A stretch of DNA of 64,000 bases from Treponemataceae bacterium (GTDB lineage Bacteria; Spirochaetota; Spirochaetia; Treponematales; Rectinemataceae), in contig CAXXHO010000005.1 in the NCBI GenBank assembly GCA_963667725.2, positions 896,001 through 960,000 of the forward strand, given 5' to 3'. The notes beneath the pieces were generated by a model, which worked only from the letters and a program-made list of their open reading frames with translations, had not been told where the DNA came from and made no database searches. This document shows positions 52,539 to 61,781 of this stretch, piece by piece. Positions within the stretch are counted from its first letter, which is position 1; every line of letters begins with the position of its first letter. Position numbers and translations under genes: made by a program.

Positions 52539-54599
52539 ATGAGGAAGCATTTAATTCCGGGCATTGCAGTTATGGTAATGGCGCTCGCCATTATTGGTTG
52601 CGCGTCAGACGCCGTAAAGGTCGCCGCCCCCGTGGACGGCACCTATGAGGGCAGCGCTTATGGCATGCAGGGACCGATCAAGGTCCAGCTGGTGGTTTCC
52701 GGCGCTCGGATTGCCTCTGTTGGTATTCTTTCGTCCAAAGAAACCCCCATCGTGGCCAAGGTCGCGTTGGAGAGGATTCCGGCCCGCATCGTAGAAACCC
52801 AGAGCCTCAAGGTGGACTCCGTCACCGGGGCCACCCTCGCCAGCAACGGCATCAAGAACGCGGTGGCCGACGCGGCCAAAAAAGCCGGATTCGATGTCGC
52901 GGCGCTCAGGGCGAAGGAAGTCAAGGTTACCCCGAAGGCGCCTCAGACCTGGAACACCGATGTCCTTGTTATCGGAGCGGGCGGAGCAGGCCTCAGCGCG
53001 GCCTTGAGCGCGGCTCAGACGGGCGTGAAGGTCATCCTGATCGAGAAGGGTTCCGTGATCGGTGGAAACACCATGATGGCCGGAGCCGCGTACAACGCGG
53101 TAGACCCCGAAGCTCAGTCGACGATGAAGCTGACCAAGGCGCAGAAGTCGTCGATGGATGCTTATCTGGCCCTCGACCCGGCCGACCCGAGCTTGATGTT
53201 CGACAGATATCCCGAGTGGAAGCCGGTTCTTGAACAGCTCAAAGCCGATATTAAGGGTTTCTATGCCGCAAACCAGAACAAGACCCTCGGCGTCGACATG
53301 ATGGGCTTCGACTCCATTTCCCTCCATATGTGGCACATTTACACGGGCGGCCTCAGGAAGATGGACGACGGCAGCTGGATCGCGCCCAGGATCGAACTCG
53401 CCCGCAAACTGGCCGAGAGCGCCCTCGACAGCCTAAAGTGGATGGACAGCCTCGGACTCAAGGCTCAGTACGGCTCGACCTCCAATTACGGCGGCGCGAC
53501 AGGTCTTTCCACCGTCCTCGGCGCCATGTGGCCCCGCACCCACACCTTCATGACCGGCGCGGATCGCATTCCGCAGCTGGAGAAGAAGGCGATCGAGTTC
53601 GGCGTGAAGATTTATACCGAGACTCGCGGTACCGAACTCCTCACCGAATCAAAAGGTAAAGTCATAGGCGCCAAAGCCGTTCAGGTCGATGGAACCCAAA
53701 TCACCATCAATACGACGAAGGGTGTCGTCATCGCCTCCGGCGGCTACTGCGCCAATCCCGCCATGGTGAAAAAGTACGATAAATATTGGGGCAAGGACCT
53801 CTCCGACAGAACCCTCTCCACCAACATGGGCACGAATACCGGCGACGGCATCGTAATGGCCGAGAAACTTGGCGGCCAGCTCTTTGGCATGGAAGTCGCC
53901 CAGATGATGCCTTCCTCCTCGCCCACCAAGGGCACGATGACGGATGGGATCTGGGGCGATGCCGCCGAACAGATTTGGATTGATGGCAAGGGCAATCGCT
54001 TCGTGGATGAGTACGCCGAGCGCGACGTGCTCGCGAAAGCCTCGCTCAAGCTCGATAACGCGATTTTCTACATCATCTACGCCGGCCGCGGCGCGGTCAA
54101 CAAACCCGATGTCATGCTCAAGGGCATTCCTTACAAGAACGTCGCCGCCATGGTCGAGGGCGGACATATCTGGTGGGGCAATACCCTGGCCGAACTCGCG
54201 GCCGCCACGGCCAAACCCGCGGCTGGCAGCGCTCCCGCATTCACGGAAGCCGCTCTCCGCGCTACCATTGAAGAATACAACAAGTTTGTGGCCGACCAGA
54301 AAGACACGGACTTCGGCAAGGGAGTCATCGCCGGCGCCATCGATCTAGCCGCCGTCGAGGCCGATCCTGAACTAGGTTTGGCCATCAGCCCCCGAAAAGC
54401 TTCCCTCCATCACACCATGGGCGGCGTCCTCATCGACACCGAGGCTCGCGTGATCGACACGAAGGGCAATCCCATTCCTGGCCTCTGGGCCGCGGGCGAA
54501 GTGACGGGCGGAATCCACGCGGGCAACCGCCTGGGCGGCAACGCGATCGCCGACATCTTCACCTTTGGCCGTATCGCCGGCCTGAACGCCGCGAAGTAA
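52539..54599 (+). CDS. Lipoprotein flavocytochrome-type reductase with FMN-binding domain (urocanate/fumarate reductase family)
   Basis: IIGC lipobox, DSVTGAT, GAGGAG, ERD, HHTMGG, GIHAGNRLGGNA. Confidence 0.87.
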   Translation: MRKHLIPGIAVMVMALAIIGCASDAVKVAAPVDGTYEGSAYGMQGPIKVQLVVSGARIASVGILSSKETPIVAKVALERIPARIVETQSLKVDSVTGATLASNGIKNAVADAAKKAGFDVAALRAKEVKVTPKAPQTWNTDVLVIGAGGAGLSAALSAAQTGVKVILIEKGSVIGGNTMMAGAAYNAVDPEAQSTMKLTKAQKSSMDAYLALDPADPSLMFDRYPEWKPVLEQLKADIKGFYAANQNKTLGVDMMGFDSISLHMWHIYTGGLRKMDDGSWIAPRIELARKLAESALDSLKWMDSLGLKAQYGSTSNYGGATGLSTVLGAMWPRTHTFMTGADRIPQLEKKAIEFGVKIYTETRGTELLTESKGKVIGAKAVQVDGTQITINTTKGVVIASGGYCANPAMVKKYDKYWGKDLSDRTLSTNMGTNTGDGIVMAEKLGGQLFGMEVAQMMPSSSPTKGTMTDGIWGDAAEQIWIDGKGNRFVDEYAERDVLAKASLKLDNAIFYIIYAGRGAVNKPDVMLKGIPYKNVAAMVEGGHIWWGNTLAELAAATAKPAAGSAPAFTEAALRATIEEYNKFVADQKDTDFGKGVIAGAIDLAAVEADPELGLAISPRKASLHHTMGGVLIDTEARVIDTKGNPIPGLWAAGEVTGGIHAGNRLGGNAIADIFTFGRIAGLNAAK

Positions 54600-54622
54600 T
54601 TCGCGTCGTCGACGCCAGTATC

Positions 54623-54660
54623 AGCCCCGCTCAAGCATGCTTGGGCGGGGCTTTTGTTTT
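54623..54660 (+). terminator. Rho-independent terminator
   Basis: AGCCCCGCTCAAGC-AT-GCTTGGGCGGGGCT then TTTGTTTT. Confidence 0.85.
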
Positions 54661-54678
54661 AACCCGAAAAAGGACCGA

Positions 54679-54892
54679 CTAATTCGTTGAACCAGTCGCT
54701 GTTTCCTTCGTTCTTATGAGAACGGCGCCAAGCCAAGCCAACCACGCGATCAGCATCAGCCCGAATACAATGGAGGCGTCGCGCAAGGGCGGGGCGACGG
54801 ACTCGATCGCCAGCCAGGTCGCTTGAGCCTGCCGCTGGTCAGTTACGGTCAAGCCCACGATTGTCGTCATGCCGTAGTTGAAAATCATGCCG
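54679..54892 (-). pseudogene. Remnant of membrane protein (DUF4386-like C-terminal part)
   Basis: GMIFNYGM...ATWLAIESV...FGLMLIAWLAWLG; no N-terminus. Confidence 0.45.
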
Positions 54893-55278
54893 CGAACAAG
54901 GACGATATACTCGACGGCATGGTCGACCTCGTGATCGAGCTTCCCTCCGGCGTCGACGGCTGGCGCGAGGCGATGCGCCGCCGGGCGGTCTCCGCCCATC
55001 AGGTCTTCGCCCTACATCCCTGGCTACCGATGCTCATCGACTCGCGCGAGACAAGCGCTCCGTCAAGAATGCTCTACCTCGACTGGGTGATTGGGACGCT
55101 GGTGACAGCGGGATTTTCGCTGGATGGCGCGGCGCGCGCCTTCTCCCTTCTCGACAGCTACATCTACGGCTTCAGCATTCAGCGGTTCAATATGTCGGCC
55201 GACGCCGATTTCGGCTTCGGGCTGGAGCTCATCCTCGACGGGCTGGAACGGATCCTCCACGAGTCGCTATCGGAATAG
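54883..55278 (+). pseudogene. Truncated TetR/AcrR regulator (C-terminal domain, HTH mostly missing)
   Basis: NHAANKDDILDGMVD, HPW, LDSYIYGF, FGFGLELILDGLE. Confidence 0.65.
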
Positions 55279-55314
55279 AAGCGCGTGAACGACATTTTCG
55301 GATACATTCATGGC

Positions 55315-55812
55315 TCAGATCTTGAACAGGACTCCTATGTACGAAGCCCTGAGGCCTGATTCGAGGTTGATGGCGACGTTATTAGATAGATAGTAGCTCA
55401 AGCCCCCGATGGTGTCGAAACCAACGCCGGGGAATACCGTGAGTCCCAAGCCCAAGTACGAATCGAAGTTTCCGATCCAGGAAAGTTCCCTGGGGAAATT
55501 CAAGGCGCCCCAGCTGAAATGGAGCGTGCCGAAAGCGCCGATGGACAGAGCTACGCTGCTGGCCAAGTCGAGCCCGGCGCGGCCAGCGATTCCGTAGGTG
55601 AAGGGCAGCTTTTCCGCGATGACGAATTTTCCAATGGCGTATTCCACGCCTCCACCGAGACCGAAACCATGGCCATAGTGCAGACCAAGGCCTATATTCG
55701 CGTTGAGCGATCCGGGGGCTACAAGCATGCCGTTTTTCGCGTACGAATCACCGAACGCTAATCCGGAAAATATGACGAGCGCCGCCAGAAGGAATGCTAT
55801 TCTCTTATTCAT
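55315..55812 (-). CDS. Small exported beta-barrel-like outer membrane protein
   Basis: Signal peptide MNKRIAFLLAALV...AFG; Gly/aromatic alternating strands; ends GVLFKI. Confidence 0.6.
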   Translation of the reverse strand: MNKRIAFLLAALVIFSGLAFGDSYAKNGMLVAPGSLNANIGLGLHYGHGFGLGGGVEYAIGKFVIAEKLPFTYGIAGRAGLDLASSVALSIGAFGTLHFSWGALNFPRELSWIGNFDSYLGLGLTVFPGVGFDTIGGLSYYLSNNVAINLESGLRASYIGVLFKI

Positions 55813-55977
55813 AAAAACCTCCCAAGGTTTATTCGGCAAGGACCATCCTTAAATCGTACATGGGCGACAGGTCTTGGTCTGTGCGGCACCACACATAGCG
55901 GCCTGGAGCCATATATCATACTATTCAGCTGGTACGAGGTTGGTTGCGCGCGGTAGCGCAGAAAGCTTGGAACGGAT

Positions 55978-57153
55978 ATGATTGCTGCCATGCCCGCCAA
56001 AGACACGAAACGCTATTCAGAGATCGGGGTTCTGACCGTCTCGCACATGCTCAACGACCTCTACAGCAATTATCTTCCACAGATGCTGCCTTTTCTCATG
56101 GCTTCTCTCCAGGGGTTCACGGTGACGAAGGCGGCTATCCTGACCGCTTCCTTCTCGATCACTTCATCGATCGTACAGCCTGTGTTCGGCTATTTTGTCG
56201 ACAATCTGGGCAGGAGATGGCTTGTTCATGTGGGAACCCTCTGGATGGCGGTGATGCTGAGCCTTACTGGTATCGCGGACAGCTACTGGATGCTCGTGGT
56301 GCTCTCCTCGCTCGCGGGACTGGGAACGGCTGCTTTTCATCCGCAGGCGGCGTCCATGATGAATGTGCTTGGCGGCAAGCACAAGGCCGTAATTTTTTCC
56401 ATTTTTGTCGCTTTCGGCAATATTGGCTTCGCGTTCGGGCCTCTGCTCCTCGTTCCCCTCTTTCAGGCTTTTGGCCTTAGAGCGACCATGTTCACGGTGG
56501 CGCCAGGCATCGTCGTGGCTCTTCTTCTTTTCTTTTTCGCCCCTCAAATTCAAGTGTCGGCCAAAGCCATTCCCTCGCTGCGGAATGTGCTGGCATCGAT
56601 TCGGGCTTCATCGAGACAGCTCGTCCCCTTGGTAGCCGTCATAGCGGTGCGTTCGATGGCCTATACGGGCATGCTGACGCTTTTACCCCTTTTCTTCGCG
56701 GAAAAGCAGCTGAGCAAGATCGCGGCAAGTCATCTCGTTACCATAATGCTTTTTTCCGGGGCTATCGGCGGCATACTTGGAGGCTTCATTTCGGATCGCT
56801 ACGGTCGAAAGCCTCTTATTGTCGCGTCGCTCATGATATCGACACCATTCTTCTTCGCTTTTCTCGCTACGCAGGGTACCTTGTCCATCATTTTCCTGGC
56901 TCTGGCCGGGGCGAGCCTCCTCTCCAGTTTTTCGGTGACGGTAGTGGCTGCGCAGGAAGCCATTCCCGATAACAAGGCGCTCGCGGCCGGCATATCCATG
57001 GGACTAGCGGGCGGGCTTGGGGGCATGGCGGTGATCTTCATAGGAAGGCTCGGCGACGTATGGGGATTGACTCAGGCGGTGTATGTTCTCTTTTCCCTGC
57101 CTGTCGTGGCCGGTCTCATAGGGTTGTCGATGCGCAAGCAGCATACCAAGTGA
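55978..57153 (+). CDS. MFS transporter (Fsr-like)
   Basis: SHMLND, QPVFG, AAFHP, GNIGFAFGP, SDRYGRK. Confidence 0.88.
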   Translation: MIAAMPAKDTKRYSEIGVLTVSHMLNDLYSNYLPQMLPFLMASLQGFTVTKAAILTASFSITSSIVQPVFGYFVDNLGRRWLVHVGTLWMAVMLSLTGIADSYWMLVVLSSLAGLGTAAFHPQAASMMNVLGGKHKAVIFSIFVAFGNIGFAFGPLLLVPLFQAFGLRATMFTVAPGIVVALLLFFFAPQIQVSAKAIPSLRNVLASIRASSRQLVPLVAVIAVRSMAYTGMLTLLPLFFAEKQLSKIAASHLVTIMLFSGAIGGILGGFISDRYGRKPLIVASLMISTPFFFAFLATQGTLSIIFLALAGASLLSSFSVTVVAAQEAIPDNKALAAGISMGLAGGLGGMAVIFIGRLGDVWGLTQAVYVLFSLPVVAGLIGLSMRKQHTK

Positions 57154-57265
57154 GCTGGTGTCACCTGCGGGCGGCTAGATCTTTTTAGCGGCGAATAGAC
57201 CCCTTCTGTCTCTCCTGTATTAATTGCGAATCAGAAAGATCCGGAATCTGCCGATAAGCAATCAC

Positions 57266-58171
57266 ATGAAGTCATCGATCTCTGTCCTATATTCCGACTC
57301 ACTGCTTCTTCTCACCGCGGCGATATGGGGGTTCGCTTTTGTCGCCCAAAGAGTGGGCATGGACGATTTGGGGCCTTTCGCGTTCAACGCGGTACGCTAC
57401 GCGATAGGCGCCCTTGCCCTTCTGCCTCTCATCAGGCACAGGAGAAGGGCAAGGATCAGCCTGGCTCGATATTCGTCAGGCGCGAATTCCCGCGAGCAGG
57501 GGCTTCTCCCTTTCGTCCTCGCCGGCGGGGCGATGTTCATAGGCGCGAGCTTCCAGCAAGTAGGCATCGTCACCACGACGGCCGGTAACGCGGCCTTCGT
57601 GACGAGTCTTTATGTAGTGATCATTCCGCTGATCGGCACGCTGTTCGGACGTAAGACTGGTCCAAAAGACTATCTCGCGGCTATCGTGTCGGTGATGGGC
57701 CTCTATATCATCACGATTGGCGGCGGCTTCACCATGGCGCCGGGCGACCTCCTCGTGCTGGCGGGGTCCTTTTTCTGGGCGCTTCACATACTCGTGATAG
57801 GCCGCTTCGCCGCCTCGGTCGATCCCGTCGAGCTTTCGGCCGGACAATTCGCCGTTTGCGGTCTCTTAAGCTTCGTCGCTTCCCTGATTTTCGAACCGAA
57901 CCCATACGAAGGCGTGTTTTCGGCGGCGATTCCTATTCTCTATGGCGGTCTCTTATCCTGCGGCGTGGCTTTTACCCTTCAGATAATCGCCCAGCGGACT
58001 TCGCCTCCCGCGCATGCGTCTATTATCCTCGCCATGGAAGGTCTCTTCGGCGCGATCGGCGGCGTTCTTCTTCTGAATGAGCCGGCTTCGCTTCGATTTT
58101 TTATGGGCGGAGCCCTCATGCTGGCCGCCGCGGTCTTCTCGCAATTACCGATCGGCAAACCGGGCAAGTGA
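57266..58171 (+). CDS. DMT/EamA family transporter
   Basis: IWGFAFVAQ, NAAFVTSLY, GDLLVL, AFTLQ; about 10 TMs. Confidence 0.88.
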   Translation: MKSSISVLYSDSLLLLTAAIWGFAFVAQRVGMDDLGPFAFNAVRYAIGALALLPLIRHRRRARISLARYSSGANSREQGLLPFVLAGGAMFIGASFQQVGIVTTTAGNAAFVTSLYVVIIPLIGTLFGRKTGPKDYLAAIVSVMGLYIITIGGGFTMAPGDLLVLAGSFFWALHILVIGRFAASVDPVELSAGQFAVCGLLSFVASLIFEPNPYEGVFSAAIPILYGGLLSCGVAFTLQIIAQRTSPPAHASIILAMEGLFGAIGGVLLLNEPASLRFFMGGALMLAAAVFSQLPIGKPGK

Positions 58172-59368
58172 GTTCTCTACCTTGCGTTCCAGGTCATCGA
58201 TGCCGCAGTCGACGATGTTCATCGCGTGGCGATTCACGACATCCATATCCTTCATGCCCGAACCGGTGAGCACGACCACGACGCGATCCCGGTTTTTTAT
58301 CGCGCCGCTGGCCCTCAGCGAACGCAGGGCGGCCAGGGTGGTCGCGCTTCCCGGCTCGACGAAAAACCCCGACCTCGCGTAGAGCAGCTGCGACTCGAGA
58401 ATCTCCGTTTCTGAAGCCACTCCGGCAAGCCAATCGAATTCATTCGCTTTGGCGAGGATTTCCTCGCCGCCCGGAGGATTCCCCGAGGAAAGGGCTTCGG
58501 CGATCGTCGTGAAGTTCCGGAAGGGTATAACTTTGTCGCTTCGCGCATGGATCGCGCTCGCTATGGGGCTGTTGGCCGCGGCCTGGACAACCACCATGCG
58601 AGGCAGGCGCGATATCAGTCCCGCCGCGAAAAGCTCGCGGAATCCCTTGAAAATTCCCCTGATATGGCCGCAGGCCGAAGTGGGAACGACGATGAAATCG
58701 GGAACGTCTCCCCGCAGCGCTTCGAATAGCTCGAAGGCTTCCATCTTGTAGCCTTCGACGCGTATAGGTCCGTTGCCTGATACGATGCGGAGCCCAAAAC
58801 GGGAAGCCAGCGCGAGCGCGCGAAGTTTCATGTTCGCGTAATCGGCCCCGCGCACTTTTATGATCTTCGCTCCATGAACGGCCATGGCGAGGATTTTTTC
58901 GCGCGGCACGAATTCGGGCAAAAAAATCAGGACATTCAGACCGGCTCTCGCGCCGTAGGCGGCCACAGACTGCCCCATATTGCCGGTGGAAATAGTGGCC
59001 GTCATCGATTCGCCCCGCTCTTTCGCCATGATCGAACAGGCGATCGATCCTCTGTCCTTGAAACTCCAGGTGGGATTCGCCGTCTCGTTTTTGAGAAGAA
59101 GGTTCTCGACGCCGGTATAGGTTTTCAGGAGCGGACTAGCCTCTATAAGCGGCGTCGAGCCTTCGCCCAGAGACAGTTCGGGGTGCGTTTCCGCGAAGGG
59201 CATGAATTCGGCGAAACGCTCCCATGTGCGGTTTCCCTGCTTAATGCGCGCATTTTCGATGCCGGGAATGGCCACCTCGAGCGATTCGCGGTTTTCCGCG
59301 AATTCCTCGAGCCGGGCGAAGGGGTATTCGGTTCCGGAAATCGTCGACCGCAGATGAACGCTTTTCAT
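58145..59368 (-). CDS. Threonine synthase-like PLP enzyme
   Basis: LGEGSTP, NPTWSFKDRG (PLP Lys), STGN, VEPGSA, LTGSGMK. Confidence 0.85.
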   Translation of the reverse strand: MKSVHLRSTISGTEYPFARLEEFAENRESLEVAIPGIENARIKQGNRTWERFAEFMPFAETHPELSLGEGSTPLIEASPLLKTYTGVENLLLKNETANPTWSFKDRGSIACSIMAKERGESMTATISTGNMGQSVAAYGARAGLNVLIFLPEFVPREKILAMAVHGAKIIKVRGADYANMKLRALALASRFGLRIVSGNGPIRVEGYKMEAFELFEALRGDVPDFIVVPTSACGHIRGIFKGFRELFAAGLISRLPRMVVVQAAANSPIASAIHARSDKVIPFRNFTTIAEALSSGNPPGGEEILAKANEFDWLAGVASETEILESQLLYARSGFFVEPGSATTLAALRSLRASGAIKNRDRVVVVLTGSGMKDMDVVNRHAMNIVDCGIDDLERKVENSLARFADR

Positions 59369-59394
59369 TCTACCGCACTCCTGGGCGTCGGCTA

Positions 59395-60198
59395 TCAGTT
59401 CAGCCCGATGAGCTTTCGCACAACCTTCGAAGCGATGATGAGTCCGGCCACCGAGGGAACGAAGGAGACCGAGCCTGGAATGCTACGCCTTCCGGCGCCC
59501 TTAATGCTTCCGATACCGGCGCCATCCTTTTTCGGACAGACGCAGTCCGTCGGGCAGGTGGCCCTTAATTCGCCCGTTTTTAGAGGAGCTTCCCTTGAGT
59601 AGACTACGTCGAGCGCCGCAAGGCCCCGCTTCCGCAGTTCGCAGCGCATGACGCGAGCGAGGGGACAGACGGAGGTGTCGTAGATATCGGCGATTTCCAG
59701 CCTGGTTGGGTCGAGTTTATTGCCTGCGCCCAGGCAGCTTATGATGGGTATGCCTATTTTCGTGGCATGCATGATGAGCTCGATCTTGGAGGAAACGGTG
59801 TCGATCGCGTCCACCACATACGAAAGGCCCGGAATGCCGGGAGCGCCCTGTTCCGGAACGTCCTGTCCCAGAAGGCGGGGCATGTTTTGGGCATCGCAGT
59901 ATTCCTGGAAAATTTCCACCTGGGCCTGAGGATTGATGTCCAATATTCGAGCCTTCATCACCTCGACCTTCGGTTTTCCGATGGTGGATCTGAGGGCGAT
60001 AATCTGGCGGTTGATATTGGTAAGGCAAACGCAGTCGTCGTCAACCAGGACGAAAGAGCCGACTCCCGAACGCGCGAGTCCTTCGACCGCATAGGCGCCG
60101 ACCCCGCCTATGCCGAAAACCGCCACTTTCGAGGCCGCCAGTATTTTCATCGCTTCGGCGCCAAGCAGGAGTTCGGTTCGGGAAAACGCATCGAGCAT
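59395..60198 (-). CDS. tcdA: tRNA threonylcarbamoyladenosine dehydratase (ThiF family)
   Basis: FSRTELLLG, GIGGVG, NINRQ, DAID, GAGNKLDP, CPLAR, PGSVSFVP. Confidence 0.88.
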   Translation of the reverse strand: MLDAFSRTELLLGAEAMKILAASKVAVFGIGGVGAYAVEGLARSGVGSFVLVDDDCVCLTNINRQIIALRSTIGKPKVEVMKARILDINPQAQVEIFQEYCDAQNMPRLLGQDVPEQGAPGIPGLSYVVDAIDTVSSKIELIMHATKIGIPIISCLGAGNKLDPTRLEIADIYDTSVCPLARVMRCELRKRGLAALDVVYSREAPLKTGELRATCPTDCVCPKKDGAGIGSIKGAGRRSIPGSVSFVPSVAGLIIASKVVRKLIGLN

Positions 60199-60390
60199 AG
60201 GGTCGATCGTATAGAGGGGGCGAGCGACGGGTCAAGTATCCCCCGTCCGTCGGCCCGTTTCTGCCTATGAAGCGCCGATGCATAAAAATTCGAAAATACC
60301 TCGATTCTTTATTGATTTACCCTTTCCTAGGCAGTCCCGTTCAGGTAGTATGAATAAATTTTTGTCCAAATAAAATGGAGGGGAGATACA

Positions 60391-61710
60391 ATGGCAAAGT
60401 CAGCGGAGAAAGTGATTGGCTACTTACCGGACGAGACCCCATCGACGGGAAAACTGCTTCTGTTCGCGTTCCAGCAGCTGCTCGTGATGTTTCCGGCCAC
60501 GGTGACCGTCGCGCTTCTGACGGGATTCCACATCTCGACCACGATCTTCGCGAGCGGATTCGCGACGCTTTCGTTCCTGTTCGTGACGAAGGGAAAGATA
60601 CCTCTCTATTACGGATCGAGCTTTTCCTACATCGCGGCGATCATCAGCATCACGGGCGTCACGTCGGGGCTCGCTCCCGACAATCTGATCTCCGCCGCCC
60701 AGTTCGGCATCATCATGTCGGGCCTTGTGTCCATAGCGGTAGGCCTCATCGTGAGCCGCTTCGGCATGGACATCATCGAAAAGATCCTTCCCGCCACGGT
60801 AACCGGGGCCATCGCCATGGTCATCGGCATTTCGCTCGCGGGAATAGCCATCACAAGCGCCGCCGGCTATTCGGGCGGAGCGGCGAACGACAAGGCCTGG
60901 ATCGCCGCCCTCGTGACCCTTTTCGCCACGATCGGTTTTTCCGTATACCTGAAAGGCGTATGGGGCCAGCTGCCCATCCTGTTCGGCATCCTGGTCGGAT
61001 ATGTCGTCAGCATTCCGCTCGGACTTATCGACTTCGGCGCGATCTGGACGGGCACTGTCATCGAAATGCCGCACTTCACTCTTCCCGTCGCGAACTGGGC
61101 GGCCGTTGCAGCGATCATGCCTATCGCGATCGCGACTATCCCTGAATCCACCGCTCACTTGTTCCAGCTGGATATCTACGTGAACGATCTCGCGAAGAAA
61201 AAAGGCAAGGGCGTGTATAGGATAGCGGAGAAGCTGGGGCTCAACCTTGTCGGCGACGGTATCGGTGATATAGTGGCTTCTCTGTTCGGCGGACCGGCCG
61301 GCACGAATTATGGCGAGAACATTTCCACCATGGCGATCACGAAGAATTTTTCTGTGAAGGTTCTCGGTGGGGCCGCGATCATGGCCATCGTGCTTTCGTT
61401 CTTCCAACCACTTTCCAACGCGATCAGATCGATCCCGAGTCCTGTGATCAACGGCGCTTGCGTTTATCTGTTCGGCGTAATCGGGGCGCAGGGCGTGGCG
61501 ATCATGATCAACAAGAAAGTCGACCTCTTCGACGCCAGGAATCTGGCCGTCATAGCCGTCATCCTCGTGGTGGGCCTCGGCGGAAACTACGGTTTCCCGA
61601 ACGGCATGATCCCGATCTTCGGAATGCAGCTTCCCGCCATCGCGACCGCCGCCACGGTCGGTATCGTGCTGAACCTGGCGCTTTCCATCGGCCGCAGGAA
61701 GAACGCGTAA
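60391..61710 (+). CDS. Uracil-xanthine permease (NCS2, UraA/PyrP-like)
   Basis: IPLYYGSSFSY, ES.AH, GDG, TNYGEN, LFGVI. Confidence 0.88.
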   Translation: MAKSAEKVIGYLPDETPSTGKLLLFAFQQLLVMFPATVTVALLTGFHISTTIFASGFATLSFLFVTKGKIPLYYGSSFSYIAAIISITGVTSGLAPDNLISAAQFGIIMSGLVSIAVGLIVSRFGMDIIEKILPATVTGAIAMVIGISLAGIAITSAAGYSGGAANDKAWIAALVTLFATIGFSVYLKGVWGQLPILFGILVGYVVSIPLGLIDFGAIWTGTVIEMPHFTLPVANWAAVAAIMPIAIATIPESTAHLFQLDIYVNDLAKKKGKGVYRIAEKLGLNLVGDGIGDIVASLFGGPAGTNYGENISTMAITKNFSVKVLGGAAIMAIVLSFFQPLSNAIRSIPSPVINGACVYLFGVIGAQGVAIMINKKVDLFDARNLAVIAVILVVGLGGNYGFPNGMIPIFGMQLPAIATAATVGIVLNLALSIGRRKNA

Positions 61711-61781
61711 ACGACGATAGGGGGAAGATTAGGAGTCCGATTTCAACGTAGTGCGGTTCATTGAAAAATGAGGAGTAAAAC

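Noticed and set aside
60318..60350. AGTCCCGTTCAGG resembling a PyrR-binding loop upstream of the uracil permease
   Set aside because: Deviates from the consensus and no terminator/antiterminator is visible before the start codon
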